Made by a program: the position numbers and the translations under genes. From assembly GCA_963662265.2 (NCBI GenBank), contig CAXXHA010000034.1, forward strand, positions 1 through 39,188: 39,188 bases of DNA. Direction: 5' to 3'. How positions within the stretch are numbered: position 1 is the first letter of the stretch; each line of letters starts with the position of its first letter. Positions 37,343-39,188 of the stretch are shown piece by piece. The notes under the pieces are model-generated. The model ran no database searches. It was not told the DNA's origin and saw only the letters and a list, made by a program, of their open reading frames with translations. This stretch comes from Spirochaetia bacterium. Lineage in GTDB: Bacteria > Spirochaetota > Spirochaetia > CADAEX01.

Positions 37343-38749
37343 CTATTTTGCTGAATCAGCAGCTTCCCGGCCGGCCATCCTGCCGAAGACTATTGTCTCA
37401 GTAAGGGAATTACCCCCGAGCCTGTTTGCCCCATGCACCCCGCCTGTAACCTCTCCTGCGGCAAAGAGTCCTTTCAGAACATTCCCTTCCCTGTCAATAA
37501 CCCTTGTCCTTGAATCAATTTTTATCCCCCCCATGCAGTAGTGAACTGCGGGAGCAACCCTGACTCCGTAATAAGGTGGTGTATCAATTGCTGAAGCAAG
37601 GTTTTTGCGGTTGTATTCAGAATCTTTTCCAGATAATACGCAGCTGTTATATTTGCTTATTGTTGAAGAGAATATAATGCTGTCCATGTTTAGCAGTGCG
37701 GCAAGTTCATCATATGTGGAACCGCTCTTTATCAGCTTCATCGAAATATAATCATCAGCAGCAGAAAGGCTATTCCTCACTTTTTCATCAAAAATCAGAT
37801 ATGCATATTTACCATCCTGTTCAAGAATATCCGAGCTCAGAACATCACGGTAGGACAGCTCATCTGTAAACCGCCTCCCTTTCTGGTTTACAAGTATTGC
37901 TCCGTTGCCTCTGACTGCTTCCGTAATCATGACACCATAATCAGGAACAACTGTGGGATGAGTCTGAATATAGTTCATACCAATAAAATCAGCCCCGACT
38001 TCCTCCCCCAGTTTTATCGCATCACCTGTTGCTCCGGGATGGTTGGTTGAATTAAAACCTGTAAGTTGCGGATTATACCTGACAAACAATTCGGGACTTC
38101 CTCCGAAACCTCCCGAAGCAAAAACAACACTCTTCGCAAGGATTTTATATTCCCGCCCTGTCTGGTTTATGACTTCAACACCTTTTGCCCTGCCGTCATA
38201 TATTACAGCAACAGCCCTGTTTTCAAGCCGCAGATCAATATTTCTCTTCCTCACCTGCTTTTCAAGTATTCCGACAATATGGCCTCCGACAGCAGCTCCG
38301 CCTGACGGGCGGTGTGTCCTTGGAACAGAGTGTCCCCCGAGGATACCAAGGTCTGAAAGATCTGCGCCCAGCTGTTTAAGCCATTCAACTGCATTGCGGC
38401 TGTTATCTACAAGTATTGCAACAAGTTTTTCATTGTTCAGGTAATGCCCTGATTTCATTGTGTCCTGGTAATAAAGATCACGGCTCCATTTTATGCCTAA
38501 TTTTTTCTGGAGACTTGTTCCTGTGCCATTCATGCCGCTGGCTGCCCTGCCTGTATTTCCCCCTACAAAAGGCATTTTTTCAAGAAGAATTACATCTGAA
38601 CCGTTGTCATAAGCTTCTATCGCGGCGGTCATCCCTGCCGCACCGCCCCCGATAACAACTACATCAGTTTTTTCCTCTCTGTTCATTACAAGCAGCGAGG
38701 CGACAAGCAGAATAATTACAGTTCCCGAGATAAATAGGTTCTTTCTCAT
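37343..38749 (-). CDS. flavocytochrome c-type fumarate reductase flavoprotein (exported/anchored, no heme domain)
   Basis: N-terminal hydrophobic anchor, FAD motif 'DVVVIGGGAAG', and 'IQTHPT', 'ITEAVRGNG', 'ELSYRD', 'VHYCMGG', 'HGANRLGGNS'. No CxxCH motif. Confidence 0.9.
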   Translation of the reverse strand: MRKNLFISGTVIILLVASLLVMNREEKTDVVVIGGGAAGMTAAIEAYDNGSDVILLEKMPFVGGNTGRAASGMNGTGTSLQKKLGIKWSRDLYYQDTMKSGHYLNNEKLVAILVDNSRNAVEWLKQLGADLSDLGILGGHSVPRTHRPSGGAAVGGHIVGILEKQVRKRNIDLRLENRAVAVIYDGRAKGVEVINQTGREYKILAKSVVFASGGFGGSPELFVRYNPQLTGFNSTNHPGATGDAIKLGEEVGADFIGMNYIQTHPTVVPDYGVMITEAVRGNGAILVNQKGRRFTDELSYRDVLSSDILEQDGKYAYLIFDEKVRNSLSAADDYISMKLIKSGSTYDELAALLNMDSIIFSSTISKYNSCVLSGKDSEYNRKNLASAIDTPPYYGVRVAPAVHYCMGGIKIDSRTRVIDREGNVLKGLFAAGEVTGGVHGANRLGGNSLTETIVFGRMAGREAADSAK

Positions 38750-39188
38750 TTCTTCATCCGGTAAAAATGCTGTGGTCTGCCAACCTTTCCATAGGAGAGC
38801 TCCATATCGAGGAATCCTTCCTTTACAAGGTATTCAATATACCGCCTTACTGTAACCCTGGCTAACCCGGCTTTTTCCCCCAGGGTCTCGGCTGTAAAAT
38901 CGCCATTCTCCTGTTCAATAACCTTTTTAACAGCCTTGAGTGTATGATAACTGAGCCCCTTTTCAATAACCTTGTCACTGTCGTCGAAATCCTGTTCCTC
39001 CATCGGGGTCAGCCTGTTTTTCATTATCAGCTGATCCAGTTTTTCCTGATCTGTTATTTCACCTGTGTTTAACAGTTTAATCCTTTTTCCGGCGCAGACT
39101 AGTGCTTCCCTGAATCGTTCATATGTAAACGGCTTGATTATATAATCAGCTATTCCAAGATTAAGTCCTTTCTCAATCGTAGCCAGTG
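38746..39188 (-). CDS. CitB/DcuR/DctR-family response regulator (5' end outside the window)
   Basis: Receiver end 'GIADYIIKPFTYERF', 'QEKLD', 'KGLS..TL' and the HTH 'GLARVTVRRYIEYL...YGKVGRP'. Confidence 0.92.
   Translation of the reverse strand, partial: LATIEKGLNLGIADYIIKPFTYERFREALVCAGKRIKLLNTGEITDQEKLDQLIMKNRLTPMEEQDFDDSDKVIEKGLSYHTLKAVKKVIEQENGDFTAETLGEKAGLARVTVRRYIEYLVKEGFLDMELSYGKVGRPQHFYRMKK

Overview
A 39 kb, fairly AT-rich bacterial chromosomal segment, most likely from a spirochaete (Spirochaetota). This is inferred from the gene order maf-rpsB-tsf-frr-uppS-cdsA-dxr-rseP-CpXC without pyrH and from the S2 N-terminus. From left to right it holds: (1) a minus-strand sugar catabolism cluster (DUF1097 membrane protein, FGGY kinase, divergent DeoC aldolase, DeoR regulator) with a visible operator repeat; (2) the conserved rpsB-rseP operon; (3) comFB and the converging rpsF-ssb-rpsR-DUF2232-rplI-dnaB operon with an S6:S18-type leader; (4) radC and a short RecQ; (5) an accessory signalling block (TAXI lipoprotein coupled to a HisKA_3 kinase with no adjacent regulator, a 7TM-GGDEF cyclase, a MATE pump, and a periplasmic-binding sensor ending in a Cys/His motif); (6) an alpha-2-macroglobulin/pbpC pair whose thioester motif is degenerate; (7) fbaA; (8) a CitB/DcuR-type regulator coupled to an exported heme-less fumarate-reductase-like flavoprotein. 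The first ~8.6 kb carries many single-base indels, even in essential genes, and these are most likely long-read sequencing errors. No rRNA, tRNA, CRISPR array or intact transposase was seen. All family assignments come from motif recognition by eye, not database searches.
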